31,568 bases of DNA, taken from contig CAIOLV010000001.1 in assembly GCA_903859225.1 (NCBI GenBank), positions 1 through 31,568 of the forward strand. Reading direction: 5' to 3'. Source of the DNA: an uncultured bacterium. Its GTDB lineage: Bacteria > Bipolaricaulota > Bipolaricaulia > UBA7950 > UBA9294. The position numbers and the translations under genes are program-made. The notes beneath the pieces were generated by a model. That model saw only the letters and a list, made by a program, of their open reading frames with translations, did not search any database and was not told the DNA's origin. This document shows, piece by piece, positions 8,265-15,966 of the stretch. Each line of letters opens with the position of its first letter. Within the stretch, counting starts at the first letter, position 1.

Positions 8265-9539
8265 ATGAGACGAGCAATGGGGATGCTGGGCATGGCGGCG
8301 CTGTTCGCGGCCACGGCCGCGGTGTGCGCCGGAGCGGTGACGCTGCAGTTCCTGACGCCGGCTTGGCAGGAAGACACGGTGACCGAGGTCGAGAACATCG
8401 TCGCGGAGTGGAATGCGGCGCGGCCGGATATCCAGGTGGAGATGGTCTCGGTGGCGTGGGAGAACATCAACGACTACCTCCTCACGAGCTTCCAGGCCGG
8501 ACAGGGACCGGATGTGATCCACCAGGACACGGTCATGTGTTACGAGTATGGTGTCCAGGGGTACGCGGAGCCGCTCAACCAGTATCTCGATGCCGCGACG
8601 CTGGCCGATACGCCCCAGGCGAGCTGGGACGGTGTCAGCGACGATCAGGGAAGCATCTACGGCGTCCCATTCCTGCAGGAAACGCTGGTCGTCTTCTACA
8701 ACAAGGCGATGTTCGCCACAGCGGGGATCACTCCGCCGGCCGACGGGATGGTCACGTGGGCCGAGCTGCGGGACTACGCGCTCCGACTGACAAAGACGGA
8801 TGCGAGCGGTCAGACGACGACGTGGGGGCTCCTGGCGCCTCTCGAACAGCGGCTTTGGTGGTGCCTTGTTGCGCAAAACGGCGGACAGGTCCTCGCGAAA
8901 CATGCCGACGGCACGTGGTACGTCGAGATCGACCAGGCGGCCCGGCAGGCGATCGAGTACTACACCAACCTGATTACGGTGGACCACGTCATGCCGCAGG
9001 ACGTCCTGAGCTATGACTTCACGAGCCTGCTCCAGGGCTTCAAGACGGGCAAGTACGCAATGTTTACTTTCGGATGCTGGGTCCGGAGCTGGATCAACAA
9101 CCTGACTCAGAACCAACTCGACTGGGGAATGCTCGAGGTCAAGGGTCCGGTGCGCAATGTCACGGAATCCGACCCGCAGGGCGTCTTCATCTACTCCGGC
9201 TCGGCTCACAAGGACGAGGCGGCGCAGTTCCTGCTCTACTTCACCAACACCGAGAACCAGGCGCGCATCGCGAAGGCCGACTGGCTCTTCCCCATTCGCC
9301 AGTCGGCGCTCGCACGCCCGGAGTTTCGGACAACACAGGAACAGTGGAATGTCCTCTATCAATGGCTTCCGTTCGCGGAGGATGTGAAGCCGAAGATGTT
9401 CGGCTTCTTCGGCTGGGAATGGCAGTCATTTATCCCGCAGATTGAGCAGGTCATCCTTGGATCGAAGACCCTGGATAAGGCGCTGCAGGCGGCGACGGAC
9501 GATGGGAACGAGTACCTTCGCCGCATGGGACTTCAATAG
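8265..9539 (+). CDS. ABC transporter substrate-binding protein (CUT1 sugar/nucleoside family)
   Basis: Signal peptide; GQGPDVI, IYGVPF, VFYNKAMF, TWAEL, FKTGKYAMF; SD GGAGGT; permeases nearby; 424 aa. Confidence 0.92.
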   Translation: MRRAMGMLGMAALFAATAAVCAGAVTLQFLTPAWQEDTVTEVENIVAEWNAARPDIQVEMVSVAWENINDYLLTSFQAGQGPDVIHQDTVMCYEYGVQGYAEPLNQYLDAATLADTPQASWDGVSDDQGSIYGVPFLQETLVVFYNKAMFATAGITPPADGMVTWAELRDYALRLTKTDASGQTTTWGLLAPLEQRLWWCLVAQNGGQVLAKHADGTWYVEIDQAARQAIEYYTNLITVDHVMPQDVLSYDFTSLLQGFKTGKYAMFTFGCWVRSWINNLTQNQLDWGMLEVKGPVRNVTESDPQGVFIYSGSAHKDEAAQFLLYFTNTENQARIAKADWLFPIRQSALARPEFRTTQEQWNVLYQWLPFAEDVKPKMFGFFGWEWQSFIPQIEQVILGSKTLDKALQAATDDGNEYLRRMGLQ

Positions 9540-9626
9540 GAGAGAGACGAAGGAGGTGGTTCGGCGCGCGCAGAGGTTGGCTGGAAGGGGATGTCTAGAA
9601 GGCTTTCGAGGGGGAAGGAGGACCAC

Positions 9627-10148
9627 GTGAAGCGAACGTTATGTCTCGGTGTGCTCTTGGCCGCACTTGTGGGCGCCACGGTGTGGGCCACCGGCACGGT
9701 GCCGACGGGGGATGTCGTCCTGACGATTTCGGGGCCAATGATTCTGATGAATAGGTGGGACGCGGCAGCTGGTGCTGGCGTGTGCGACTTCGACATGGAC
9801 ATGCTGAAGGCCGTGCCTGTCACAACCTACACGGTCACCGATCCGTGGCTGGGCGAGAAGACCTATACGGGAGTCCGTCTGTCCGATCTGCTCAAGTGGA
9901 TTGCCGTGGACCAGTACGCGGTGAAGGTCGTCATTGTCTGCTCGGACGCGGCGGAATTCGTTATCCAGATTAAGGATGCGGCACAGTACCCGATCATGAT
10001 CGCGTATGCATCCAACAGCAAGGTTATCAAGGCGGGCTCCGGCGGCCCACTGAAGGTCGTGTACCCGTACCAGATCGAGGGCGTCGAAGCTCTCTACGGC
10101 CCCGATAACTGGGCATGGTACGTGGTTGGGATTCGCGTGGAGTACTAG
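9627..10148 (+). CDS. Secreted sulfite-oxidase/molybdopterin-binding-fold protein (COG3915-like)
   Basis: Signal peptide MKRTLCLGVLLAALVGATVWA; VVLTISG, FDMDML, TDPW, YTGVRLSDLL, GPLKVVYP, WAWYVVGIRVE; SD AAGGAGG before GTG 9627; 173 aa. Confidence 0.7.
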   Translation: MKRTLCLGVLLAALVGATVWATGTVPTGDVVLTISGPMILMNRWDAAAGAGVCDFDMDMLKAVPVTTYTVTDPWLGEKTYTGVRLSDLLKWIAVDQYAVKVVIVCSDAAEFVIQIKDAAQYPIMIAYASNSKVIKAGSGGPLKVVYPYQIEGVEALYGPDNWAWYVVGIRVEY

Positions 10149-10167
10149 GCGCAAAGGGCCTTTGGCT

Positions 10168-10194
10168 GAGGGAGGGGGCAGCGCCCCCTCCCTC
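10168..10194 (+). other. Strong intergenic stem-loop (mRNA stabiliser or attenuator candidate)
   Basis: GAGGGAGGGGGC-AGC-GCCCCCTCCCTC: perfect 12-bp stem, 3-nt loop, no U-tract; preceded by CAAAGG-G-CCTTTG (10152-10164). Confidence 0.7.
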
Positions 10195-10248
10195 GCGAGA
10201 TCCACGCCATTGCCGGCGTGTCCGGCACGGAACACGGAGCGGGAACCT

Positions 10249-11292
10249 ATGCCGCGCAGCCAGAATGAGATGAAGATCGTCGAGCTTGTGGAGCTCGGAC
10301 GCGTGGAGACGCGGACGGCTCCGGTCCCGGTCCCGGGTCCGGGCGAGGCACGCCTGCGCGTGCGCGCCGTCGGACTCTGCGGCACGGATGTGAAGGCCTA
10401 CCGGCGCGGGCACCCCTATTTCAAGCCGCCGTGCGTGCTCGGCCACGAGGTCGTCGGAGCGATCGACGCCGTCGACGATGCGGTTCGAGGACTTGCAGTG
10501 GGCGAGCGCGTGGTCTGTGCGCCCTACGCGGAGTGCGGTGGGTGTCCGATCTGCCGCCGCGGCGTCGGCGAGCTGTGCGAGCACAAAGCATTCATTGCCG
10601 GCGCGCTGCAGGAGTACTTGATCCTCTCCGCCGACATCCTCGCCCGAGGCACGTTCCGCGTCGCGGGCGCGATGTCCGACGCCGTTGCGACCCTCGCTGA
10701 GCCACTGGCGTGCGCGATGAACGGCATCGAGCGGGCCGGCGTCCGGCGGGGCGACCGGGTTCTCGTTGTGGGTGGCGGTCCGATGGGCGCGCTGTTGGCC
10801 ATCGTCGCGCGGACGCTGTCTCCGCACGTCCTGGTGAGTGAAGTGAACCCGGCGCGCAGCGAGCATCTGCGGCGCCTCGGTCTCTCGGTCGTCAATCCCT
10901 CAGAAACGCCCCTCAGCGAAGCGCTGTCTCGGGCCTTCAGCGTGCCAGAAGCGGACCGGGTGTTGATCGCTGTCGGTGACCGCGGCGTGGCAGAGGATGC
11001 GATCGGGCTCACGGCAGCTGGAGGCACAGCGCTCCTCTTCGGCGGGTTGCCGAAAGGGGAGCGGTTGTCGCTCGACGCGTTTGCCATTCACTACCGTGAG
11101 GTGGGAGTCGTTGGGAGCTTTGGGTTCCAGGTTCGGCACTTCCGAAACGCCGTCGAGTGGATGGAGCAGCATCCCGGCGCGCTCGATGGAGTCGTCACGG
11201 CGTCGGTCCCCTTTGCCGAGGCCGCGCGGGCCTTTGTCGAGGCCGCACAACCTGATGGACTGAAGACGGTGATCCGGTTTGAAGAAGCCTAG
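10249..11292 (+). CDS. Zn-dependent medium-chain (polyol/sorbitol-type) dehydrogenase
   Basis: GLCGTD, GHE, structural Zn site CGGCPICRRGVGELC, EPLAC, GGGPMG; start at 10249 or 10270. Confidence 0.9.
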   Translation: MPRSQNEMKIVELVELGRVETRTAPVPVPGPGEARLRVRAVGLCGTDVKAYRRGHPYFKPPCVLGHEVVGAIDAVDDAVRGLAVGERVVCAPYAECGGCPICRRGVGELCEHKAFIAGALQEYLILSADILARGTFRVAGAMSDAVATLAEPLACAMNGIERAGVRRGDRVLVVGGGPMGALLAIVARTLSPHVLVSEVNPARSEHLRRLGLSVVNPSETPLSEALSRAFSVPEADRVLIAVGDRGVAEDAIGLTAAGGTALLFGGLPKGERLSLDAFAIHYREVGVVGSFGFQVRHFRNAVEWMEQHPGALDGVVTASVPFAEAARAFVEAAQPDGLKTVIRFEEA

Positions 11293-12169
11293 GCGGGAAC
11301 GCGCGGCGCGGTCGTACGTGGAGGAGAAGAGGGCCCTGCCGTTCGTGGCGCCCGCCCTCATCATCCTTTGCTTCGTGAGCCTATATCCTCTGGTTCAGGG
11401 GATCTCCCGCGTCCTGTACTCCTTCCGTGCGCTGACGGGGAAGAACGTCTACTCCGGGCTGCAGAACTTCGTCCTTCTCTTCCGCGATTCCGTCTTCGTT
11501 CACGCACTCCTGAACAGCCTCGTCTGGACCGTGACCAGTGTCGCGGCGATGTTCTTCGTGTCCTTTCTGCTGGCGACGATGCTCAACTCGCGGCATCTTC
11601 GCTTCCGTCGTGCGTTCCGGACCGTCACGCTCATTCCCTGGGCGCTGCCCGGCGTCGTCGTGTCGCTTATCTGGCGGTACATCTTCCTCTCCGGTGGGCC
11701 GCTCAACACCGCCCTTTCGGGACTTGGTGTGACCTACCCCCCGGCGTGGCTCATCGACCCGCACGTCGCCCTTTGGACGTGCATCGTCGCCAACATCTGG
11801 ATGGGAATTCCGTTCGTCACGATCATGATCCTCGCCGGGCTGCAGTCGCTCGAAGGAGACATTCTCGAGGCGGCGGCGATCGACGGCGCGAGCTACTTGC
11901 AGACGCAAGTGCGGATTGTTGTTCCGAGCATCAAGAAGGTCATTCTCATCATTCTCACGTTGGAGTCGATCTGGACCTTCAACTCGTTTGACATCGTCTT
12001 CGTCCTGACCAAAGGAGGACCGGCCAACGCGTCGATGACGCTCCCTCTCTACGCCTACACCTGGGCGTACGGCTCTCAGCAGGCCGGATACGGCGCGGCG
12101 ATCGGCATCATCATGCTGCTCATCTTGCTGAGCGTCGTCGTCCTCTACATTCGCGAGGTGCTGCAATGA
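11279..12169 (+). CDS. ABC permease (MalF/UgpA-like)
   Basis: Hydrophobic helices; EAA loop ILEAAAIDGAS; FDIVFVLTKGGP; start uncertain (TTG 11279 or GTG 11318). Confidence 0.9.
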   Translation: MKKPRRERAARSYVEEKRALPFVAPALIILCFVSLYPLVQGISRVLYSFRALTGKNVYSGLQNFVLLFRDSVFVHALLNSLVWTVTSVAAMFFVSFLLATMLNSRHLRFRRAFRTVTLIPWALPGVVVSLIWRYIFLSGGPLNTALSGLGVTYPPAWLIDPHVALWTCIVANIWMGIPFVTIMILAGLQSLEGDILEAAAIDGASYLQTQVRIVVPSIKKVILIILTLESIWTFNSFDIVFVLTKGGPANASMTLPLYAYTWAYGSQQAGYGAAIGIIMLLILLSVVVLYIREVLQ

Positions 12170-12993
12170 GGATGCATCCGGTCAAGCAAGTCCTCCTCCA
12201 CGTCGCGGTTCTCGTGATGATCGCCTTCCTCGTGTTCCCCGTCCTCCTCCTCGTGTTCAACTCCCTCAAGACGCAGACCCAGATCTTCGCGTCTCCGATG
12301 GGGATTCCACACGGCGTGACCTGGGACAACTTCCGCACGGTCATTGCAGGGGGCACGTTTCTGGTCAACCTTCGGAACTCGGTCATCGTCGCGTTCTCGA
12401 CCGTAATCCTCGCCGTCATCGTGACCGCGCCGGCCGGCTACGCCCTGTCGCGGTTCAAGTTCCGTGGGCGGACGGCGTTCTCGATGTGGCTCCTGGCGAC
12501 TCAGGCGTTTCCCGGAATCATCATGGTGCTTGGGCTGTTCACCGTGTTGAAGGTGTACGGACTGATCAACCAGCTGCCGGGGCTCGTGATCATGCACACG
12601 AGCTTTGCTCTTCCGTTCTCGATTTGGCTCCTCAAGGGGTACTTCGACAAGATCCCGATTGACCTGGAGGAGGCGGCGAGGATCGACGGCTGCACGCGCC
12701 TACGGGCGCTCGTGAGCATCATCCTGCCGCTCTCCGTGCCCGGTCTCCTGGCGGTGGCCACGTTCTCGCTCCTCCTGTCGTGGAATGAGTTCTTCTTCGC
12801 CCTCGTCATCATGCGCACGAACGAGAGCTGGACGTTGCCGGTATACCTCGCTCGATTCCTCGGATCAGGTGGCGTCGTACAATGGGGGCCGCTGTCGGCG
12901 GCTGCGCTGCTCGTCACGATCCCCGTGTTCATCCTCTTCCTCTTGGGACAACGGTATCTCGTTTCGGGACTGACGGGAGGGGCCATCAAGTGA
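12166..12993 (+). CDS. ABC permease (MalG/UgpE-like)
   Basis: GYALSRFKFRG, EAA loop LEEAARIDGC, SWNEFFFAL; ATGA overlap. Confidence 0.93.
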   Translation: MRMHPVKQVLLHVAVLVMIAFLVFPVLLLVFNSLKTQTQIFASPMGIPHGVTWDNFRTVIAGGTFLVNLRNSVIVAFSTVILAVIVTAPAGYALSRFKFRGRTAFSMWLLATQAFPGIIMVLGLFTVLKVYGLINQLPGLVIMHTSFALPFSIWLLKGYFDKIPIDLEEAARIDGCTRLRALVSIILPLSVPGLLAVATFSLLLSWNEFFFALVIMRTNESWTLPVYLARFLGSGGVVQWGPLSAAALLVTIPVFILFLLGQRYLVSGLTGGAIK

Positions 12994-14045
12994 CAGGTAC
13001 CGAACCTCTCGGCCGAATCGGAGTGGTTGCAAATCCTTGTGCAGGCGCCGGGCCGGACGTCCTCCGTGCCGTGCTCTCCGGCCTGTTCAGCCGCCTTCGC
13101 GAGGGTGACGTCGTGCTGAACGAGCGGACGTTCGAGGCCGCGGAGGCCGACGCCTGCGGGCTCGAGTGCACGAAGGTCCATGGACCGGCGGGCGATGCGC
13201 GACGTCTCACCGAGGCGCTGCTGGCCGCGGGCGTAGAGACCGTGATCGGCGTCGGGGGCGACGGGACACTGGGCGAGATCGCGACGGCGCTCGCGCTCGG
13301 CGAGAACGGCGTGCGGCTCTTGGGCATCGGAATCGGGTCATCGAACGTCGGCCCGCTGGTCGGAGCTTCGTTCGGAGAGCTGGACGCGTTCTTCGACGCT
13401 CCGTGGGTTGGCGTCGCGGTGCACGCGCTCGACGTCCGCGTGGGCGGGACGCAGGTGGGAATGGCGTTCCACGACGCGGGCCCCGCAAACACCTACTTTG
13501 GCACCCGGAACGGCCGCAGAGTGGATCTGGACGCAGCGGCCGCACTGCACGGCATCGATCGGCCGGCCGAGCCGGCGTCGGTTTGCGGCGCGGGGACCTG
13601 GATTGCGAAGAACGGTCGGAGGTGTCTATCGGGGCAGGAGACGGCAGGCGGCCAAATCGTCGCTTCGCCGCTCAACGATGTCGGCGAGTGCCGCGGCAAA
13701 GCGGTGAGCGGTTTCCTGTGCTGGGGACCGTATGTCGGGTGCCGTGGGGTCGTCGCCGTGTCGAGCGCGGTGATGATCCGCACCCGGCTGTCGCGTGAGG
13801 ACCTTTGCGCGGCGGAGCCGCTCCGGCTGTTCCATCTTGGGCTCGCCCCGGAGGACGTCGTCGAATTCGGCGGGCTCCCGCGTGGCGCGGTCGTCGTGGT
13901 GGACGGGACGCCGCGCCTCGAGCTGGCGCCGGAGATGACGGTATCCATTCGCGCCTTGGAGGGTGCCGTCGTCTCGATTCGTCGGGAGTCGGGGCGCGTG
14001 GACGTGAGCATGAAGGAGGAGGGATGCAATACCGCGGGATCGTGA
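12990..14045 (+). CDS. NAD-kinase / diacylglycerol-kinase-fold protein (AcoX-like), substrate unknown
   Basis: IGVVANPCAG and GVGGDGT motifs, GSSN; GTGA overlap with the permease stop; SD GGGAGG; 351 aa. Confidence 0.65.
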   Translation: MTGTEPLGRIGVVANPCAGAGPDVLRAVLSGLFSRLREGDVVLNERTFEAAEADACGLECTKVHGPAGDARRLTEALLAAGVETVIGVGGDGTLGEIATALALGENGVRLLGIGIGSSNVGPLVGASFGELDAFFDAPWVGVAVHALDVRVGGTQVGMAFHDAGPANTYFGTRNGRRVDLDAAAALHGIDRPAEPASVCGAGTWIAKNGRRCLSGQETAGGQIVASPLNDVGECRGKAVSGFLCWGPYVGCRGVVAVSSAVMIRTRLSREDLCAAEPLRLFHLGLAPEDVVEFGGLPRGAVVVVDGTPRLELAPEMTVSIRALEGAVVSIRRESGRVDVSMKEEGCNTAGS

Positions 14046-14938
14046 TCGAGGACACCTTCTGCGAGTGCACGGACATCTACACGGCGCGCCTTATCCTGAC
14101 GGCGGCGACCGAGGGAATTGCGATGGCCGAAGCGAGCTACTTGTGCGGCTTCGGGATCATCACCGCGTCCCCCATTCAAGGCTGCATCGAAGGGTTCGTC
14201 TCGCCCATCCTGACCCCGGACGGCCGTGCAGGCGTGGCTCTCCAACTGAACGCTCCGACGGCCGTGGGATTCGAGACATTCAAGCACGCGCTTCTCGACC
14301 GCCTCTTCATCTTCCCGCATCTCCCGACGTGCTCTCTGTTCGACGGCGCGGCGAGCGCGCCCGTCGAATGGGTCGTCGACCTTGCGGCGCGCGTCTCACG
14401 CTGGGGCGACGGGTTCGAGGCCAACGATCGCGTGGGGGACCGTGAAGTGGTGCGGATGCCGATCATGACCGGCGACCAGTACATCGAGCGCCGCGTGCAC
14501 GTCGTCGCGGGCACCGATGGCGTGCTGGAGGTCTTCGGAAAGGACGAAGCGTCGTGCATGCAGGGAGCGATGGAGGCAGCGGCGTGGGTCGTGCGCGATG
14601 CGCCGGGCGTCGCGGTGTTCAACTACCCAGTCGGCGGGATCAGCGGCGCCAAGGTCGGAGGGAACCGATACAAGGGCGAGGGTGTGACGATCAATGAGCC
14701 GTTCTGCCCGACGCTGCGGAAGAGCGTGCCGACCAAGATCCCACAAGGCGCGAACTGCGTCATCGAGTTCCCGCTCGTCGCGACATCGCTGGAGGCGATG
14801 AAGGTCGGACTGGGCGTGGCGATCAAGGCGTTCGTCCGCACGGCGGGCATCGTCGCGATCACGGCGCCGTCGTTCGGCGGCGCGTGGGGCGGCAGAAAGC
14901 TGGCCCTGCGCGATGTCGTCCCGGCGGACAAAGGCTAG
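14024..14938 (+). CDS. ftr: Formylmethanofuran:tetrahydromethanopterin formyltransferase homologue (divergent)
   Basis: Colinear Ftr signatures IEDTF.E, AR...TAA, GFG, TPDGR.G, LLDR, PT..FD, GDGF, KVG, FCPT, CV.E, FGG..G; SD AAGGAGGAGG; 304 aa. Confidence 0.85.
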   Translation: MQYRGIVIEDTFCECTDIYTARLILTAATEGIAMAEASYLCGFGIITASPIQGCIEGFVSPILTPDGRAGVALQLNAPTAVGFETFKHALLDRLFIFPHLPTCSLFDGAASAPVEWVVDLAARVSRWGDGFEANDRVGDREVVRMPIMTGDQYIERRVHVVAGTDGVLEVFGKDEASCMQGAMEAAAWVVRDAPGVAVFNYPVGGISGAKVGGNRYKGEGVTINEPFCPTLRKSVPTKIPQGANCVIEFPLVATSLEAMKVGLGVAIKAFVRTAGIVAITAPSFGGAWGGRKLALRDVVPADKG

Positions 14939-14952
14939 GGGCGGGAGGCTCG

Positions 14953-15966
14953 ATGGCGCGGATGACGAGTGCAGAGCAGGCGTGGGCCGCAGCGCGGGTG
15001 ACCGAACTGGTCGCCTCGCTGTTGCGCGATGCGCCCGTGCTCGACATCACATCGCACCGCGGCCCGAGCGGCGCCGCGATCGTCGACTGCGGGGTCGACG
15101 TCCGCGGTTCATGGGAGGCGGGGCGCCGCATCGCCGTTGTGTCCCACGCCGGGATGATGAACGCGACGCTTGGGGTCTCCGACGTCGCTCGATTGTCGCT
15201 CCCCGAATTCGTCGGCGATTCGTGGCGCCCGTACTTGTCGACGTACGGGCTGCAGGTGTCCTTCGCGCTCTCCGAGGTCGATCCCGCGATCCGTATCTCG
15301 GGCCCGGTGCGTGCGGCGATCGACGACGGGCTCAGGACAACGTCCTCCGCGGTCGAGGGCGCCGCTTCTCGCGACACCAATCCCTGGGGTGTTGCGGTGG
15401 TCGAGTCCGACCGCCTGCCGGACGAGGCGGTCGTTGCGGCGATCGGTCGCCGGGCGGGCCTGCGGCCGGACGAGCTCACGCTTCTCGTGGTCCCATCGAG
15501 GAGCCTTGCCGGCGTGACGCAGATCGCTGGACGGCTGAACGAGTGTGTCCTCTTCACGCTCGACCAGTCGCTCGGACTGGATCCGAAGTCCGTCCTGGGA
15601 ATCCTCGGCGCAGTCCCGATCGCTCCGTGCGGCGCCGGCGCGTTCGCCACCCAGGATGACATGATTCACTACGCCGGGCGGGTGACGATGGTGGTCGATG
15701 CCCCCGCGAGCTGGAGTCTCCAGGTCGTGGCAGACGGGCTCGTCTTTCGCTCGTCGTCTGCCTACGGCCGGCTCTTCTCCGAACTCCTGGCCGAAGCAGG
15801 CGGCGTCTTTGAAGCGATTCCGGGACTCAACGATCTGAACAAGGTTGCGCAGATCGCCGTCGTCGACCGACGCACCGCGAAGATGGCGACGGCAGGCGCC
15901 GTCGATGGGGCGATCCTCGCCTCCGCCGCGAAGCGGGCCGGAAGGGGACGCGATGAACTCCCGTGA
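14953..15966 (+). CDS. mch: Methenyl-tetrahydromethanopterin cyclohydrolase homologue (divergent)
   Basis: IVDCGVDVRGSWEAG, SGPVRA, ESDRLPD, P..L.LLV.P..S..G..QI.GR..E, G.VPIAP, DDMIHYAG, S.S.YGR.F; SD GGGAGG; 337 aa. Confidence 0.85.
   Translation: MARMTSAEQAWAAARVTELVASLLRDAPVLDITSHRGPSGAAIVDCGVDVRGSWEAGRRIAVVSHAGMMNATLGVSDVARLSLPEFVGDSWRPYLSTYGLQVSFALSEVDPAIRISGPVRAAIDDGLRTTSSAVEGAASRDTNPWGVAVVESDRLPDEAVVAAIGRRAGLRPDELTLLVVPSRSLAGVTQIAGRLNECVLFTLDQSLGLDPKSVLGILGAVPIAPCGAGAFATQDDMIHYAGRVTMVVDAPASWSLQVVADGLVFRSSSAYGRLFSELLAEAGGVFEAIPGLNDLNKVAQIAVVDRRTAKMATAGAVDGAILASAAKRAGRGRDELP

Noticed and set aside
9550-9557. Perfect SD-like AAGGAGGT in the gap after the binding-protein gene
   Set aside because: No start codon at a usable distance; the downstream gene has its own SD. 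Could be a relic, but nothing supports a function.
8265-12993. ABC system without an ATPase gene
   Set aside because: Normal for CUT1 importers, which often share an MsmK/MalK-type ATPase encoded elsewhere.
14024-15966. ftr and mch as evidence of methanogenesis, methylotrophy or an archaeal contig
   Set aside because: No mcr, mtr, mtd, mer, fae, fwd/fhc or cofactor biosynthesis genes are present. The promoter, SD sites and LacI are bacterial, and both proteins are divergent.
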